Part shown: in pieces, positions 63,694 through 64,000 of the stretch
Layout: every line of letters starts with the position of its first letter
Numbering within the stretch: position 1 is the stretch's first letter
DNA from: Roseiarcus sp.
Lineage (GTDB): Bacteria; Pseudomonadota; Alphaproteobacteria; Rhizobiales; Beijerinckiaceae
Direction: 5' to 3'
DNA: 64,000 bases
NCBI GenBank assembly: GCA_050013915.1
Contig: JBEKEI010000011.1
Span: 73-64,072 of the forward strand
Notes under the pieces: generated by a model
Told to the model about the DNA's origin: nothing
Seen by the model: only the letters and a program-made list of their open reading frames with translations
The model's database searches: none
Translations under genes and position numbers: made by a program

Positions 63694-64000
63694 ATGAGCG
63701 ACCCCGCAGCGCCCGCGCCGCCGCCCGCCGCCGCCGTCAGCGCGGTCGAGCGCGAAGTCCGCCGGCGTCGGATCACGAGGACGAGGCGCGCGGCGGGCCG
63801 GATGGCGGCCCGCCTGACCCGGCGCGGGCGCAACTGCCGAGGCGCTCCCTCGTTCAACCTCGAAGCGCCGTCAGAGGCGGTCCCAGCAATTGCCGGCCTT
63901 GGTTCGTTCGGGGCGCCGTTCGGGCTTGTCCCGACGCTTGACGCCGCCCGGGGGCTTCGAGCGGCCCGCAAGCGCGGGCGTCGCGGGGTCGCAAATAGCT
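63694..64000 (+). CDS. Arg-rich hypothetical protein, runs off the right edge; long paralog of 17322..17552
   Basis: MSDPAAPAPPPAAAVSAVEREVRRRRITRTRRAAGRMAARLTRRGRNCRGAPSFNLEAPSEAVPAIAGLGSFGAPFGLVPTLDAARGLRAARKRGRRG... GGAG precedes the ATG. Confidence 0.4.
   Translation, partial: MSDPAAPAPPPAAAVSAVEREVRRRRITRTRRAAGRMAARLTRRGRNCRGAPSFNLEAPSEAVPAIAGLGSFGAPFGLVPTLDAARGLRAARKRGRRGVANS

Overview
High-GC chromosomal window, by gene content and synteny an alphaproteobacterium (Hyphomicrobiales-like). All family calls were made by eye from the translations; no searches were run, and many start codons are approximate.

Layout:
(1) 1-27 kb is housekeeping backbone: pgeF/DUF185-methyltransferase/lgt, pntAA-pntAB-pntB, rpsU, purE-purK, queG, a GST, pncA, trmB, metK and ECF sigma modules. 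It also holds several visibly broken genes: an SPFH/stomatin gene with an internal deletion, and an ECF sigma remnant butted against a truncated TPR gene.
(2) tRNA-Ser(GGA) lies at 27.0 kb. It is followed by about 5.6 kb of more AT-rich DNA made of gene fragments (aldo-keto reductase, MMPL transporter, CoA-transferase), an acyl-CoA dehydrogenase that reads through into an enoyl-CoA hydratase, and about 1.4 kb with no convincing gene.
(3) 32.7-44.1 kb is one long minus-strand unit with an AraC regulator gene at its head. It encodes a UPF0261/Tm-1-like ATP-binding protein, a stand-alone BCCP, a biotin carboxylase, a carboxyltransferase, a HAD phosphatase and a five-gene Liv-type ABC importer. 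I read this as an uncharacterised biotin-dependent carboxylase pathway.
(4) 44.7-61.5 kb is a sigma-54/NtrC-controlled cytoplasmic [NiFe]-hydrogenase of the Huc/cyanobacterial-uptake (group 2a-like) type. It carries its endopeptidase, a full hypFCDEAB set and a run of unassigned partners: two tandem HiPIP-like Cys proteins, a zinc-ribbon ORF, a TPR protein, two tiny membrane proteins, a NifU-Rieske protein, an NHL propeller and a SIS protein. This is the most interesting part of the window.
(5) 62.7-64 kb holds IS5 and group II intron remnants, plus a second copy of an Arg-rich ORF family also present at 17.3 kb beside an array of helically phased decamer repeats.

No CRISPR array, rRNA, intact transposase, integrase or recognisable defence system was seen.
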